Shown here piece by piece: positions 62,942-64,000 of a stretch of 64,000 nucleotides of DNA. Each line of letters starts with the position of its first letter. Within the stretch, counting starts at the first letter, position 1. The stretch covers positions 154,290 through 218,289 of the forward strand of contig NW_005201613.1 in the NCBI RefSeq assembly GCF_000372725.1. The letters run 5' to 3'. The DNA is from Emiliania huxleyi CCMP1516. Its lineage: Eukaryota. Position numbers and translations under genes: made by a program. The notes beneath the pieces are model-generated. The model did not search any database. It was not told the DNA's origin and saw only the letters and a list, made by a program, of their open reading frames with translations.

Positions 62942-63421
62942 ATGGCGTCGGACGCGCAATACGAAGCCCTTTTCGCGCTCGACTTCGAGGAGGAGGCTCA
63001 AGGTGTGGAGGAGACGCCCTCTGAGACGTCCTCTCAGGAGGTGACGATGAAGGAGCTGTGGCGAGCGGCGGATGCGGACTCGCCGAGCCCCGAGGCAGAG
63101 GCTGCTGCTGGCGACGAGGCGCGCGAGTCCGCTCCCGCTGCACCGGGCGTCGAGCCTGCCGCCAAGCCGCTACCGGCCTGCGCGTCGGATACGTCGGCAC
63201 CGGCCACGCCCCCAGCTGCGCCTGCGGCCACGCGGAGCCTCGAGCCAACCGCCGCAGAGGCTGCTGCTGGCGGCGAGGCGAACGATAAGGGCAGTGGCGA
63301 GGCGAGCGAGGCGAGCGAGGCGAGCGGCGAGATGACTGCAGCCAATTTCGAGAAGGCATACGCGTCGATGCCTGAGCCGTTTTGCAACCAGCTCGCGACC
63401 TCGGCCTTCCAGCCACGGTGA
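62942..63421 (+). CDS. Hypothetical acidic Ala/Glu-rich protein (first exon or fragment)
   Basis: ATG 62942, coding-like composition, no recognisable domain. Confidence 0.35.
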   Translation: MASDAQYEALFALDFEEEAQGVEETPSETSSQEVTMKELWRAADADSPSPEAEAAAGDEARESAPAAPGVEPAAKPLPACASDTSAPATPPAAPAATRSLEPTAAEAAAGGEANDKGSGEASEASEASGEMTAANFEKAYASMPEPFCNQLATSAFQPR

Positions 63422-64000
63422 AGTGTTGGCAAAACAAGACACAGAGCTCACACAGAATCACAGCGGGAGGAAAGCGGCGAGTCGCAATTCCTGGGGTCCT
63501 TGTGGCGGGCCACCCTGTCCAGAGAGGCATGGATGCCAATCTGGGGTCTTTCGACCGAGTCTATGAGCCCTGGCCGCTCCCTTGATCGCAGTTTCTTCGG
63601 AAAAACTGTTATCTCGACATTCACTAAGCTGTCAGTGGAGAGACCACTTCACAGCTGTATGCCTTGCTCCTTTAGGTGCTCTGTGCATCTCTGACTCTTC
63701 CGCATGAGACCGCCTGAGTAACATCAAAGAGATATATTCCCGTTTCGTGCACAAAGAGCACAAAGGTGGCACCCTCGGCCAGCTGAAGCTCTCGACTCGT
63801 CCACCTTGCTCTGGACTATGCCGACCTCAAACCACCAGCGCCAGCAACGACGTGCCGCGGCTCGCCACGCATCTGTTGCGACCGACGACGTGCCCGACGC
63901 CGTCCCGCGGCCGCCAGGAAGAGGCCCGCGCAACCACTTCTGGGACCCGCGGCCGCCGGGCGTGTGGCGGCACAACGAGTCGAACGAACCGAACCAGCGC

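Overview
GC-rich eukaryotic genomic DNA with many short introns, frequent GC (and apparently GA) donors and 10-11 bp intronic tandem repeats. This style is typical of the haptophyte Emiliania/Gephyrocapsa huxleyi (inference; not database-checked). About 24 genes or gene fragments can be supported: an EF-hand kinase, WD40, DUF3556-like, epoxide-hydrolase-like, F-box/Kelch, CDC20, aldo-keto reductase, Lin0512, ABCG, HNH-like, LRR, NTF2-like, ATG8, a TIR-TIR fragment, an NCA2/DGS1 fragment, an ankyrin-HerA/FtsK ATPase, GT61, an AAA+ ATPase, a transporter fragment, a pyroglutamyl peptidase-proline iminopeptidase fusion and a multi-ubiquitin-like protein. There are also three non-autonomous TIR elements, a decayed non-LTR RT/RNase H and a 67-bp x12 minisatellite. 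Most notable: (1) several families of apparently 5'-truncated retroelement ends sit just upstream of gene starts, essentially always in the same orientation and often stacked, suggesting promoter-targeted retrotransposition; (2) an intronless ankyrin-repeat + HerA/FtsK-family ATPase fusion lies in a 31-46 kb neighbourhood rich in defence-type domains. All family assignments are from motif recognition by eye, and exon boundaries are approximate unless stated.
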